A DNA stretch of 64,000 nucleotides from Octopus vulgaris (taxonomy: Eukaryota): the NCBI GenBank assembly GCA_951406725.2, contig OX597817.1, forward strand, positions 78,182,001 to 78,246,000, read 5' to 3'. The notes beneath the pieces were generated by a model. It ran no database searches, was not told where the DNA came from, and worked only from the letters and a program-made list of their open reading frames with translations. The position numbers and the translations under genes were made by a program. This document shows positions 12,772-27,385 of the stretch, piece by piece (position 1 is the stretch's first letter; each line of letters opens with the position of its first letter).

Positions 12772-13190
12772 ACTCTTTTAATATTTCACTTGTTTCAGTC
12801 ATTTGACTGTGGCCATGCTGGAGCATCGCCTTTAGTCAAGCAATTCGACCCCAGGACTTATTCTTTGTAAGCCTAGTACTTATTCTGTCAGTCTCTTCTG
12901 CTGAACTGCTAAGTTACAGGAATGTAAACACACCAGCATCGGTTGTCAAGCGATGTTGGGGGGAACAAACACAGACACACAAATATACACACACACACAT
13001 ACACATATATATATATATACATTTATGCGATGGCTTCTTATAGTTTCTGTCTACCAAATCCACTCACAAGGCTTTGGTCGGCTCGAGACTATAGTAGAAG
13101 ACACTTGCCCAAGGTGCCACACTGCGGGACTGAACCCGGAATCATGTGGTTGGTAAGCAAGCTACTTACCACACAGCCACTCCTACACCT
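12772..13190 (-). mobile_element. SINE family B (tRNA-like head, internal TA/TG tract, (GTAAAAGA)n-like tail)
   Basis: Reverse complement of the full-length copy at 23938-24375. Confidence 0.95.
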
Positions 13191-13207
13191 ATTAGTTAAA
13201 TCTATTG

Positions 13208-13583
13208 TCTTTTATCTTTTATTTGTTTCAGTCATCAGACTGCGACCATGCTGGGACACTGCCTTGAATCTTTTCAGTTGAGTGAATAAACCTCAGTACT
13301 TTTTTTTTAAAGCCTAGTACTTATTCTCTCTGTCTCTTTTTGCCAAACCACTAAGTTGTGGGGCTGCAAACACACCACCACTGGTTGTCAAGTGGATGTG
13401 GTAGGACAAACAGACACAATGACACACAGACACAAAGACACATGACAGGCTTCTTCCCGCTTACCAAATCCAATCACAAGGCTTTGGTTGGCCTGAGGCT
13501 ATAGCAGAAGACACTTGCCCAAGGTGCCACATAGTGAGACTGAACCAGGAACCATGTGGTTGGGAAGCTAGATTCTTACCATG
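13208..13583 (-). mobile_element. SINE family B
   Basis: ttgtttcagtcat...gacacttgcccaaggtgccac...accatgtggttgggaagc. Confidence 0.9.
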
Positions 13584-15608
13584 CAGAAGTAAAATAGAAC
13601 CAGTGCATGTGTCTTTTATTGGCATAATGACGCCCCAACCAAGATACAACAAAAGAATAAATTAGCTCTAATTAACATATTGTACCTGATCTTATACCCC
13701 TGTTATTCAGATAGAATATCATTGAAAAATGGTCGCAAAAGTCTACGGGCCATGGCTGCAGTCTCCAAGCAGTGCATCTCTACCTCTCCCTTCATCTTCT
13801 CAAATTAAATTACAAAGAAAACAACAAAATTACCTTTTTTAATCTAATAACAATCAACGACAATCTCGCAACAGAACTAAAAATTGTCACCTCCACACCC
13901 CCTTTCAGAATTGCCTCTATTTTTCCTGTCCCCTTTTTTCCCCACCTCGCATCGCCCCCACCCTCTTTACGTTTGTAATACAACAAACACCTTTGTTTTC
14001 TCTGTTGTGTTGCTTGTCATATCTAATTATTCCATTCTGAACTTCATTGAATAAATCTTGTGATAATTTTTAATGAATAATATTTGGCTAATTTCGAAAG
14101 AGTAATCTGATTTTAGTGATTGAGTGATTGATAACGGATGTGCATGCACGCATGCACACACCCTTGCACACATGCACACACGCACACTCACACACACACA
14201 CTTGTGCATTCAGGTAGATTATAAATATATGCATATGTTGGTGGTTATATGCAATTATGATTACATATGTATGAATCTGTATATGTGTGTACGTGTGTGT
14301 ACGTATGTATATATGTATGTATGTATATATATATATTTATATGTATATATATATATTTATATGCATCCATATATATGTTTATATATGTGTATATATGAAT
14401 ACATATATATATATATATTTATATAAATATATACATATATGGACATATATATATATATATATATGCTCACACATATATGTATATATATACACATATACAG
14501 ATACATACATATATGTATATATTTACATATCCAGGTGTAGATATATAGATATGTAGATATGTATATATATATAGGTATATGTATGTATATTTATAAATGC
14601 AATTCTGTAAATCTATATCTATCTAATTATCTAACACTTATCTATTTATATATAAGTACATACAGACACATACACACACACACACATATACATACACATT
14701 CTTACACACCCAAACTCACACCACATACAAGCACATACACCACACACACACACACATACACCCACGCCACACTCATACACAACCACTTACAGATATGCAT
14801 ATAACTTTGATTATAGTATTTCGAAAATTTTGAAAGAGTCTGAAAACAATGTTCGTAGTTCGCTCTTAAGGGAAAGGCTGATCTCATCTTAAAATGAGAT
14901 TATTACTTACATTTATGAATTAAATAAACATAACTAAGAATAGCTTTTCCATTAACTTCAAATAAACAATCAAATATGTGTAAGCTTAAGGGAAATAGAC
15001 ATTTTTCCATGTTTCCTTCAATAAGCCATACATAAATTTGACAAGATGTAGTGAAAACTTTGGAGAATAATTCCTTTGAGATCGTTGGCAGTTCACACTC
15101 TTTGAATTATCAGCATTTCTTCAATTTTAATGAAATTATAGTAGAGTGAAAAAGGCATATTTATTTTGTTTCAGTTTCGACTTTTCATTCTCTTAGGTTA
15201 GGAATGATTCCCACCAAGATGGAATTAGGTAATATGAGGTAAAGTTAAGTAAAGTGAAATTTTGATAAGATAAAAAAGAATAAAAATGAATGAAAATAAA
15301 CAAAAATCAAAGAGATAGAATGAGAGAGAACAAAATTCTAAAAGAAAAAAATAAATGAAAACAGATAAAATAGATTAAAAAAAAATCAATATTAACTTGT
15401 ATGTGTAAATGTGTATGTAAAGTTATATTTCTGTTAGGTCTATTATGTGTGTGTTATGTAAAATTTATATGCATATGTATAGTCATGTGTATGTATGTAT
15501 ATGTATATATACATATACATATAAATATACAATACACACACATATATTAATACACACACATATATATTTATATGAACATATATACATACATGTATCTATC
15601 TATATCTA

Positions 15609-15648
<40 letters not shown>

Positions 15649-15992
15649 CACATACATAGACACATACACGATCAATAAGCACACACATGTATGTACATAA
15701 ATATACACACATGAGACTGGTTGGAGGGTGCATTTGACAAATCAAAGACAAAATTAAAAAGATGACAATAATGGTACTACGACTAAGAATAATAACAATA
15801 GTGACAATAACATTGATTATAACAACAACAACAACAACAAGAGCACTAGTGGTAGTCGTAGTATCAGCAGAAATTAAAATTAAAGACTTATTAATAGATA
15901 AAGGGGAAATGCAATAAACTGTGTATGTGCACATGCATGTGCATAAATGTAAGTATAAATTCAGACACATGTATACATAAACATACATAGAT

Positions 15993-16050
<58 letters not shown>

Positions 16051-16057
16051 TACATAC

Positions 16058-16090
<33 letters not shown>

Positions 16091-16232
16091 TATACTTATA
16101 TATAAATACATATATACACATATATATGCATATATATATATGAGTTTACATATATATATTCCATATGTATACATAAATATAAATGTATATATATACATTC
16201 ATGTACACATACATACATATATATATGTGTGG

Positions 16233-16278
<46 letters not shown>

Positions 16279-16757
16279 ATGTATGTATATATATATATAT
16301 ATATATAGATATAGATATATATATGTATGTATACATATAGATGTTCATGTACATATGCACATACTTATTTCAGTCCATCTGCTTCATATTGTGTTGTGCA
16401 TGTATGCACACACTTATATATTTATATGTATACACATTTATAAAATAAATATATACAAAAGCTTATACATACCACTATATGCTCATCAACCCTTGTAACT
16501 GCATGTATGTTTATGCACATATTTACTTGTGGTTTCTCAAAAAATCACATAGTTCTTTATTAGATTTAACATTTTATTTCTATTTCTATTTGTTTTAAAG
16601 TCTCTAAGCAGCGTATTTCACTGGTGTTAAGAAAATTAACAATTCTCATATATTATTTTATGATGAAATCTCTGCCTCAGCACACACACACACACGCACA
16701 CACACGCATGCGCACACATGCACGCACACACACGCACAAGCAGTTCCACATAAACAT

Positions 16758-16824
<67 letters not shown>

Positions 16825-17007
16825 AGTATAGATATGCAATATCATTGCCCTTTCGTACGAATTTAGAAAATAACCTATGTACTTATATGTGTATATGGAT
16901 GTGTTTTGTTTGTGATATTTGCATATACATATATACACATATGCATACTGTCTGAACTGGTATCTATTTATATATACTTATATATGTGTACATAGATACA
17001 TAGATAC

Positions 17008-17203
<196 letters not shown>

Positions 17204-17217
17204 CACACACACACATA

Positions 17218-17355
17218 CATGGACATATGTATAGAAATTGAGGTTCAGACCCAATGCATGGCACCTTGCACAAGTGTCTGCTGCTATAATTGAAGGCTGG
17301 CCAAAGCTTTGAGAATTGATTTGTGCAATAGAAACTGAAAGAAGCCCCTCATATA
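17218..17355 (+). mobile_element. SINE family B, 5' fragment
   Basis: ggttcagaccc...ggcaccttgcacaagtgtc...gaaactgaaagaagccc. Confidence 0.75.
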
Positions 17356-17474
17356 TATACACACATACATGCATAAATATATATACATATATATCCAATT
17401 AAGTTTCTGTATTTTACTTGTAGTTTACTTGAAAATGTCTCTCTACATGTATCACTTGTCAGGCTTATACATAA

Positions 17475-17510
<36 letters not shown>

Positions 17511-17589
17511 CACACACATATATATATATAAAAGCACACACACACACATATATATATACATATATATATATAGAGAGAGATATTTGTAG

Positions 17590-17636
<47 letters not shown>

Positions 17637-17698
17637 CGCATATATATACATGCATGCATGCATACATACATACATACATGCATACATACATACACACA

Positions 17699-17732
<34 letters not shown>

Positions 17733-17914
17733 CATACATACATACATAAAAGTTTATGTATGTATATGTACACAAACTCTGAAGTATATCTTCTTCATTC
17801 AATAATAAATATACAGCAACCCACACATAGAAGCCTTAGAGACATACCAATGTATTCACATGTATTCAGGCATTGACATTTCCAGGAATCCTTTATTACC
17901 AATTCTAGAAGAAT

Positions 17915-17950
<36 letters not shown>

Positions 17951-18361
17951 TTTATGTGCACAGAAGGAAAATACATGATGTGAATTTGTCAATTCTACGG
18001 AGCAACGTTGATAAAGGGTTATAAGGTCAGACAGATTTTGATATGTGATCTTATGAACTTTAGGTTACCAATAATTATATGCCAGGCAACAATTACATAT
18101 AATAAATAATTGAAAAACTGCATTAGAATTAGGATAAGCTGAAATGATTTCTCTTATAACGTTTTCTGTTGTCTTTAAGTCTAAAAGAAAGTCTTTGTGA
18201 GTATAGAAAGCATTACCATTTGGAATACAAATTGTTAATGGCAATTGATAGATCTTCATTCGTACAGGATGTTGAGATTTTGGTTTTAGATGTTCTTTAT
18301 ATACTCATGCCTTTATTTTCTATTGCACTTGAACCATATCACACACACACACACATGCACG

Positions 18362-18392
<31 letters not shown>

Positions 18393-18755
18393 CCCCTATA
18401 TGTATCTATTTGTTCATTCAGGAGTATCAGAAAGATTTTTCTTGCGATTTTTACTCATTTCTTTTTGTCTTCCCACTACCTTCTCTCATTTTCTTACTTT
18501 ACTTGATGAAAGACTAACAGGTGAAACGTCAAGGCTCATTCCTTACTTTATAAAAGCCTATAACTAAAACAAGATTTGTTAAAACTTGTCGTTCTTATAT
18601 ATACATACAGACACACACAAACACCCAGCCACACACACAACAAACACACACACACACAAACACTCACACAGATAAATATATACATACATACATACATACA
18701 TATATATGTATATAGATATATATATAGAGATAAATATAGATATATTCCTGTATAA

Positions 18756-18787
<32 letters not shown>

Positions 18788-18827
18788 TTATATATGTATA
18801 TATATATACATAATTTGTATGTATATG

Positions 18828-19625
18828 CAGGGTGTCCCAAAAGTCACTGAAAGGGTTTTAATTTTTAATAACCTCATTAACGTTACAAATATATGTATGA
18901 AATTTTGATACAATATAAAAGAAATAATGGAAATTATTATGCACAAGTCAAATTTTGCAACACTACTACATCACATATAAAAAATGACATCACTTAAATG
19001 GTTGCCATTTTCAACTTCACACACCTGTGCTCTTTCCAAAACTTTCAGATCCCACTTCTCTGATTTCTCTAATGATGGCCCCCTTCAGTTGCATCAGGAT
19101 CTCCAGTTGGTTGATATAAACCCTCTCTTTCAGGTGTCCCCACAAGAAAAAATCCGGGCTAGTCAAGTCTTGGAAATGAAGGCCAGTTGACATTGCCGTT
19201 GTGGGAGATTATTCTCTCACCAAAGCACTGCCATAGTAACTGCATTATCTCGCTTGCAGTATGAACAGTTGCCCCATCTTCCTGGAACCATGTGTGAGGT
19301 CTATTTTGAATAACCAAGCACAAAAAGTTCTCAATCATGAATACCTCAGAACATTAATAGAGAAATATGATGAGTGGAATTTGAAACTCTTGAGGGTGTT
19401 ATGGTGCAACATTTGGAAAGAATACAGTCGGCCAAAGCCGAAGATGGCTGCCATTTAAGCAATGTCATTTTTAATATGTGATGTAGTGGTATTGTAAAAT
19501 TTAACTTGTGCATATTATAATATCTATTATGTCTTTTATATTGTATCAAAATTTCATGAAGTTATTTGTAACATCCAAAAAGTTATGAAAATTTGTAATC
19601 CATCGGCAACTTTTGGGACATGCTG
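18828..19625 (-). mobile_element. Tc1/mariner DD41D (rosa-like) deleted element with long (about 190 bp) terminal inverted repeats
   Basis: Ends cagggtgtcccaaaagt / acttttgggacatgctg-TA. Internal WFQEDGATVHTASEIMQLLWQCFGERIISHNGNVNWP[frameshift]DLTSPDFFLWGHLKERVY. About 18870-19015 is mirrored at about 19440-19575. Confidence 0.9.
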
Positions 19626-19634
19626 TATATGTGC

Positions 19635-19690
<56 letters not shown>

Positions 19691-19697
19691 ATATCTA

Positions 19698-19749
<52 letters not shown>

Positions 19750-19753
<4 letters not shown>

Positions 19754-19880
19754 TCCAAATGACCCATCCTTGTTTTCTTTGTATCGTCTGTCTGGATGTT
19801 TTGTTGTCCCTTTTCTGTATCACCTGTCTGCTTATTTTGTGTTCTTGTCCTATTTCTGTATTTATTATGTATAAATATGA
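19750..19880 (+). mobile_element. Fragment of an unclassified (TA)n-associated repeat
   Basis: gacccatcc...tctggatgtttt...gttcttgtcc is the reverse complement of about 53575-53645. Confidence 0.6.
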
Positions 19881-19892
19881 ATATAAATCGAT

Positions 19893-20106
19893 GACAGACT
19901 CCCCTGGCACGTGTGCTGGTGGCACGTAAAAAGCACCCACTACACTCGCGGAGTGGTTGGCGTTAAGAAGGGCATCCAGCTGTAGAAACACTGCCAGATC
20001 AGACTGGAGCCTGGTGCAGCCCCTGGCTTCCCAGACCCTGGTCGAACCATCCAACCTGTGCTAGCACGGAAAACGGATGTTAAACGATGATGATGATGAT
20101 CATCAT
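19893..20106 (+). mobile_element. RTE-LINE-derived 3' tail/SINE ending in (GAT)n
   Basis: ggtggcacgtaaaaagcaccc...aagggcatccagctgtagaaac...gttaaacgatgatgat; the same tail ends the LINE at about 47150-47357. Confidence 0.9.
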
Positions 20107-20128
20107 ATAAATATATATATATGATATG

Positions 20129-20218
<90 letters not shown>

Positions 20219-20231
20219 ATATATATATATA

Positions 20232-20593
20232 TCTTTTATTCTTTAGTCATCTGACAGCTGTCATGCTGAGTTACCAGCTTGAAGGAACTTTAGTAGAACG
20301 AATCTATCACAAGACATATCTTTTAAAGTCTGGTACTTATTCTATTGGTCTCATTTGCCAAACCACTAAGCTATGGAGAAGTAGACACACCAACACTAGT
20401 TATCAAGCAGTGGTGGGGGACAAACACAGACACAAAGACACACACACACACACACACACACATGCATATGTATATATATTTGGTCAACCAAGTCCTTGTG
20501 AGCAGAATACACTTGACTAAGGTGCTACAGTGTGGACTGAACCTGGAATCATGTGGTTGGGAAGTAAGCTTCTTACATTAGAGTCACACCTAT
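20232..20593 (-). mobile_element. SINE family B, diverged
   Basis: tacttattctattggtctc...ggggacaaacacagacaca...atgtggttgggaagtaagcttctta. Confidence 0.85.
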
Positions 20594-20604
20594 ATAATGT
20601 GTGT

Positions 20605-20652
<48 letters not shown>

Positions 20653-21279
20653 ATGTTGCATTAAATATATGCAGGTTTTTAACCATTACTTGCCTTATAA
20701 AATGCTGGAAAAGATTTCAGGTTAATATTTACAAAACTATTGAATAACATGCTAACATATGTTAATACAATATTAATCTTTAAACTCATAACTGTGTGTA
20801 TTCAAAAGAATTCCAAGGGCCAGTTATCCACCCATCTATGTATATCTAATGCTATATGTATAAATATGGTTAACTGAAGCAGAACAACAAATACAAACAA
20901 AGGCATGCTTGATTGCAAACAACATCTCGAGTAATGTTCTCTGAACACATCACATTGGATTTTATTCTCATCAGAATCTCAACTCTAGAAATTCATCTCT
21001 ATTATATTACAGTTAATATCCATTGTTAGTCTTGTTTTTTTGGGGGTATTTTTTTTTTGTGCTTGCAAAAAAAATTTTTTTCCTGAATCCAAGCAAGTTC
21101 ACGAAAGGAATAATGTTTCTTTATCAGTTAATTAGTAAACTATTACGAAGAAGGTATTCACAGAGATATGAAATGGTGGTTTAGTATATTACTTTCCATT
21201 TACCCACCTTCAAATTATCCCCCCACCACACACATATATGTTCGTGCACACACATTCACACACAAAACACAAACACACG

Positions 21280-21340
<61 letters not shown>

Positions 21341-21543
21341 TTATATGTATATACACATTCCAAATAAGTTAGAGGTTGTGAATCGAACCAACTAAGGGAT
21401 AATATCTATCCAATATACGGCTGGTAGAATAGCCAATTATTAATACACAAGTGTTTTTTATTGCATAATACAATGTATTATTGACATAATACAATGTCTA
21501 AAAGTTGATGAACCACCTATTGATCTGCTCCATTTTCTTATTG

Positions 21544-21599
<56 letters not shown>

Positions 21600-21602
<3 letters not shown>

Positions 21603-21770
21603 ATGGGTAAATTGTTGCAATTTTATAGTTTTTAATTTCGTGCATACACATTGTTTAATTTTGATTTTGTCATCTACACAGTATAGTAGGGTCAGTTGGG
21701 CACTGTCTCTGAGAAAAACAGCACCATGACCCAATTCACTTAACAGAAATTTGGAAATGACATGCTGTAA
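21600..21770 (+). mobile_element. 5' end fragment of the DD37D transposon family
   Basis: gtgatgggtaaattgttgc...cagttgggcactg...gaaatttggaaatgacatgctgta matches about 43778-43948. Confidence 0.85.
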
Positions 21771-22297
21771 ATTTACTCTTTAGTACTTCAAGCTATTTTT
21801 ATGTAATTTTGGTAAATATATTTTGGTAAAATAAATTTTGGTAAATATATTTCTTAATTTCGTGCATACACATTGTTTAATTTTGATTACATTGCTACAT
21901 AAGTGTGAACAATTCTATGTACTATGCTGGATACATTTGGTGTTCATCTGGTATGTTGATTTTTTGTTCATTTTTTTTTGTGTCTTGATTATGCTTGCCT
22001 GGATGATTAAAAAGTGCATTTTGTGCACTAATTATGAAATCATATAATCTGCAGCTGAATCTGGTTTTAAAAGGCTCGCTTTGAGAGTTGCATTCCCTCG
22101 CATTCAGTACAATGTGTTTATAATGGTAGTTTTGACTTTAAGAATCCCTCCTAGCATGAGGCATTTATGTATAGTAATGCCCTTAGTATAAATAAATATA
22201 TTTAAAAGGAATAATTAATAAAATTTCCCTTATGAGGTTTTTAACACTAACTACTTGATAAATTCTTATAAAGATTTTATCCTATTTTTCAATTATA

Positions 22298-22363
<66 letters not shown>

Positions 22364-22366
<3 letters not shown>

Positions 22367-22840
22367 GTGAAAGTGTGGCTACGTGATAAGGAGTTTCCTT
22401 CCCAACTACATGGTTCTGAGTTCAGCTGTGTGTGGCATCTTGGGTGAGTGTCTTCTACTATAGCCTTAGACTGACCAAAGCATTGTGATTGGATTCAGTA
22501 GGTGGAATCCGAAAGAAGCCCACTTTATGTATATATATATATTTTGACCCTCACAAAATCCAAAATTTTATTTAATTTGCCTTGTGGGAGCAACTGTTTT
22601 ATTGAAGCTATATCTTGCCAGGAATTGCTCAAAATATGGATTAGAAAAGCAGCTGACAACTGATGAGGGGTGGTCCTTTGTGTTGCTTGTCTTGTTTTCC
22701 ATTTGTTTTTTTCGTTGTTCGCAAAACAAAGTTCTTATTCCATGTATTCGTATTTCGTATTTCATGTTGTTTACTTTCTGTGACATCCTGTACCCACATA
22801 TGCATATATATATTATATATATGCATATACACATGCATTA

Positions 22841-22895
<55 letters not shown>

Positions 22896-23140
22896 ATATA
22901 AATATATATATATGGTTATATTTATGTCTTTGTGTCTGTGTTTGTCCCCACCACCACTGCTTGATAACCAATATTGTTGCGTTTACATCCCCGTAACTTA
23001 GTGATTCAGCAAAAGAGACAGATAGAATAAGTGCTAGGCTTTCAAAGGATAAGTCCGGTTGTCAATTCGTTTGACTAAAATACCCTTTTAAGCAGTGCTC
23101 CAGCATGGACGCAGCCAAAACACTAAAAGAGGTAAAAGTA
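22364..23140 (+). mobile_element. SINE family B split in its internal TA tract by an unrelated insert (about 22545-22800)
   Basis: Head at 22364-22530 and tail at 22920-23140 both align to the copy at 23938-24375. Confidence 0.8.
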
Positions 23141-23144
23141 TAAC

Positions 23145-23192
<48 letters not shown>

Positions 23193-23195
23193 TAT

Positions 23196-23608
23196 AAGGA
23201 ATGGCTGTGTGGTAAGAAGCTTACTTCCCAACTACATAGTTCCAGGTTCAGTCCCACACCATGGAACCTCAGGAAAGTGTCTTTTACCATAGACCCAGGC
23301 TGACCAAAGTCTTGTGAGGGAATTTGGCTCATGGAAACTGAAAGAAGCTCATTGTATGTATCTGTGTGTGTGTGTGTGTCTGTGTGTATGTGTGTTTGTG
23401 TGTCTGTGTTTGATCCCCCCACCATCGCTTGGCAACTGATGTTAGTACATTTACGTCCCTGTAACTTAGTGGTTCAGCAAAAGAGTTCGATAGAATAAGT
23501 ACTAGGTTTACAAAGAATAAGTCCTGGGGTCGATTTGTTCGACTGGGTGCAGTGCTCTTGCATGGCCACAGTCAAATGACTGAAGCAAGTAAAAGAATAA
23601 AAGAATAA
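23196..23608 (+). mobile_element. SINE family B
   Basis: ggaatggctgtgtggtaagaagc...cagtcaaatgactgaagcaagtaaaagaataaaagaa. Confidence 0.95.
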
Positions 23609-23925
23609 GAAGCTTGCTTCCCAACCACATGATTCTGGGTTCAATCCCACTGTGAAACACTTTGGTAAGTATCTTCTACTATAGCTTCAGGCTGACCAAT
23701 GCTTTGTGAGTGGATTTGGAAGACAGAAACTGAAAAAATATCGTTATATATTTGACGACTAATGTAGGTGTGTTTACATCTCTGTAACATAGCAGTTTGG
23801 CAAAAGTGACTGACAGATTAAATACTAGGCTTATAAAAAATAAGTCCTGGAGTTGATTAGCTCAACTAAAGGCAATGTTGCAGCATGGCTGCAGTTAAAT
23901 GACTGAAACAAGTAAAAGAATAAAA
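23609..23925 (+). mobile_element. SINE family B, 5'-clipped
   Basis: gaagcttgcttcccaaccacatg...gactgaaacaagtaaaagaa. Confidence 0.9.
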
Positions 23926-23937
23926 TAATATATATAT

Positions 23938-24113
23938 AGGCGCAGGAGTGGCTGTGTGGTAAGTAGCTTGTTTACCAACTACATGGTTCCAGATTCAGTC
24001 CCACTGTGTGGCACCTCGGTCAGGTGTCTTCTACTATAGCCTAGATCCAACCAAATCCTTGTGAGTGGATTTGGTAGACAGAAACTGAAAGAAGCCCGTC
24101 GTGTATATATATG

Positions 24114-24152
<39 letters not shown>

Positions 24153-24375
24153 ATGTGTTTGTGTGTCTGTGTTTGTCCCCCCAACATCGCTTGACAACCG
24201 ATGCTGGTGTGTTTATGCCTCTGTAACTTAGTGGTTTGGCAAAAGAGACTGATAGAATAAGCACTAGGCTTGCAAAGAATAAGTCCTGTGGTTGATTTGT
24301 TTGACTAAAGGTGGTGCACCAGCATGGCTGCAGTCAAATGACTGAAACAAGTAAAAGAGTAAAAGAGAAAAAAGA
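23938..24375 (+). mobile_element. SINE family B, full length
   Basis: A-box-like tggctgtgtggtaag and B-box-like gattcagtccc; internal TA/TG tract; tail aagtaaaagagtaaaagag. Confidence 0.95.
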
Positions 24376-24382
24376 ATATACA

Positions 24383-24600
24383 CCTCTTCTACTATAGGTA
24401 CAAGGCCTGACATTTTTGGAAAGTGATTTGGGCTAATCGATTACATCAATCCAAGTACAAGACAGGTAGTTTATTCTATGAAGCCCTCAAAACTGTAAAG
24501 TCAATTTGACCTAGGGGGACTTAGATCTCAGAATGTAAATATAGACAAAATGCCACTAAGCATGTTTTTGAATGTGCTGGTGATTTTTCAGTTTGGTGAA
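24383..24600 (-). mobile_element. SINE family A, diverged
   Basis: tctactataggtacaaggcctga...cgattacatc...ctcagaatgtaa...ctaagcat matches 50650-50862. Confidence 0.7.
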
Positions 24601-24869
24601 AAATGAACAGTAGTTAATAATACACTTTGTTAGAACCTCTTCATCAGGATTCATTGAGAAATGGAAGATGGTATCTTTGCTCTGATGTATTGGAAAGTAT
24701 AGTGCCAGGCAGTCTTGAGTTGTTATATTACCAGCCTGCCACATGTAATTCTTACCTGTTGTTTAATGAAAGAATACACACACACACACATGTATGTGTG
24801 TGTATATATATATATATACATATATATATATGTATGTATGTGTGTATATATATATATATATGTGTATAT

Positions 24870-25113
<244 letters not shown>

Positions 25114-26984
25114 AGCAAATGAAAACAGGAATTTTTCATAAAATGTTTAGTTTTAGCATCTATCATGTGTTTTAAGAAAAATTTTATGAGCTGATTGCAT
25201 TGTCAAATCTTCAGAGATTGTATAATTCTCATAAATAATTATTAATGCTCATATTATATGACAACAGTAATATAATATTAACTATCCAAAACGAATACAA
25301 AATTTTACTCATAATAGTTATGCAATCTCTGAAAATTTGACAATAAAATCCTGATATAACAGGTAATTTTTTATTGTCAATGAAACGCATGTAAGCTGCT
25401 GTAACTAAATATTTTCTGAACGAACTCTTCTGTTTTGTTTTGCATTTTATATGTACTCTGTAACCTATCCAAACAGTAGAATCCAACTAAATGAACTCAC
25501 ACTATAATGCAGGTCCTTCTTACAACATTTCTGTGGATTTGCTGGAATAGGTATAGAATTATAAATACTAGTTATTTGTAATACATTTTAATTTAAAATG
25601 CACTACAAAATTATATTTGCACATGCAAAGTTTCACACACACACACATACATGCATGCATACATGCATGTGCTCTTTATATATGTCTGTCATTTTACCCT
25701 GAGATAAAACAGCTATACACCATCATTACACTTCTCTTCTTTTTTAATATTCTTCATCTTTTCTCTGGAATATTTCTCTTTTCTTCTTTTCTCTCCCATT
25801 ATCCCACTGTCTTTCTGTCTGCTTTACTGCTATGCTGCTTGGCTCCTCCAGAAAAAAAAAATGGAAAGTGAGACAAAAACAACCCAGTAAAATTTGTAAA
25901 TAAATGAAAAAGATAGCTGTATATGTGTTGCAATATCTAAAATGAGAAATAAAAAAATTTTCCTTCATTGAAAGAAAATAAAAAAATCATTCTTTTTTTA
26001 TTCATTTCTAGACAATATTTCTGTATGTATCTGTTACCAATGTAATAGAAAAAAACTATAAGGATATATGAGTTAGAGAATGATTATAAAAACAGCAGGG
26101 TAGATAGATAAACAAACAAAACAAACAAGGAAAAGATATATCAAAATTCAGGATTCTTCCATATGACAGTACTTAATAAATCATCGAAGAATTTTTGTTA
26201 AATTATTTTCTATCACATAGATAATTCTTTGGTGCAGCTCTTTTTTTTGTTCTAAACTACAAAATTTCGGTGCTTATTTCCAACTTCTGTTCCATTGTAT
26301 TAACTGGCTGAGGAATTTATTTTCCCATAGACAATCCATCTACAAGGTGTTAATTAGCCCATGACTATGATAAAAGGTGCCATGCAATGGGCTTGAACCT
26401 CAAACTACGTGGTTTAGAAGCACACTTCTCAATGACACAACCATGTGTGACTGTTAATTTTGACACATTTTCTTTTCTCTCTCCACTGTTTTCCTCTCCC
26501 CATCTGCTTTCTTCATTCTTTTCTGTAGAAGAGCATAGGTGTAAAACTTCAAAGACTGTGTGTGTGTGTGTGTGTGTGTGTTAGTGAGTGTGCATATTTC
26601 GACTCTTTATCTCAATATTGCATAATTGTAAATAAATGTCATTTATTTCGAATATTCCACAAAAACACGTTTTGACCAAATGGAATTACTACCTTGCTCT
26701 CAAAAACAGATAAATGTTGGCAACAGGAAAGGAATCTGACCAGAGAAAAAGCTGCCTCAATAAATTCCATCTGACTCATACACGGCTTATTGGATATTAA
26801 GATGATAATGATGAACAAGCTGCTGGTTATTATTGCTAGTTTTTCTCTATCAGAAAAATTTAGTTTCTCTTTGTATACCAACACAAAGACTTATTCATAC
26901 TAAAGTGCTGCAATAATTTCCTGTAGTATATTATATACTACATAGTAATAACTTACATTTATTAGACTGAACCGACTAATAATC

Positions 26985-27385
26985 AAAGTCACTCCAGCCA
27001 TGACCACTCCATTTATTTTCAAACAATCTATTTAAGACTATATTACCCAATATATGCTTCATTGTTTTTAGATGGTAAGGTATGGTTTGAGGGAGATATG
27101 AGTGTTATTTCTATGAAATCAAATGACCTGGTGGAGGTGCCAGTATTAGCTCCACCAACTTGGATGTCCTAGTTGTAATTGTAGTACTTTTTCTTGTTTA
27201 ATGCTGGGTCAGCCCTAATCAAGATGACCTGTGATTAAAAGGCATTTCAGTCATGACTAACCTGTCTTGTTCCAACTTGCAAGAATATTAGTCAGTGTGT
27301 CCTTTGCTAAGTGTTTGACAAAGATTTTGTAGAGTTTGAGAAAGATTTAACTTCTATTTCTTGCAGATAGAAAGACCATGTTAAT
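26985..27385 (-). mobile_element. Two tandem diverged copies of repeat family D
   Basis: ccagccatgacc...tggtttgagggagat..gtgttatttct is the reverse complement of motifs at 54395-54580 and 54848-55045. Confidence 0.6.

Noticed and set aside
18495-18535. uugauga...GAAAcgUC aagg hammerhead-like motif
   Set aside because: C3 is mutated and stems I and II are marginal; counted only as a possible degenerate copy, not annotated.
22655-22692. gacaa CUGAUGA gggg-uggu-ccuu ... uuguc
   Set aside because: Stem I and II are plausible but there is no GAAA box.
26520-26556. cuguagaagagcauagguguaaaacuucaaag
   Set aside because: Too degenerate to support a ribozyme from this window alone.
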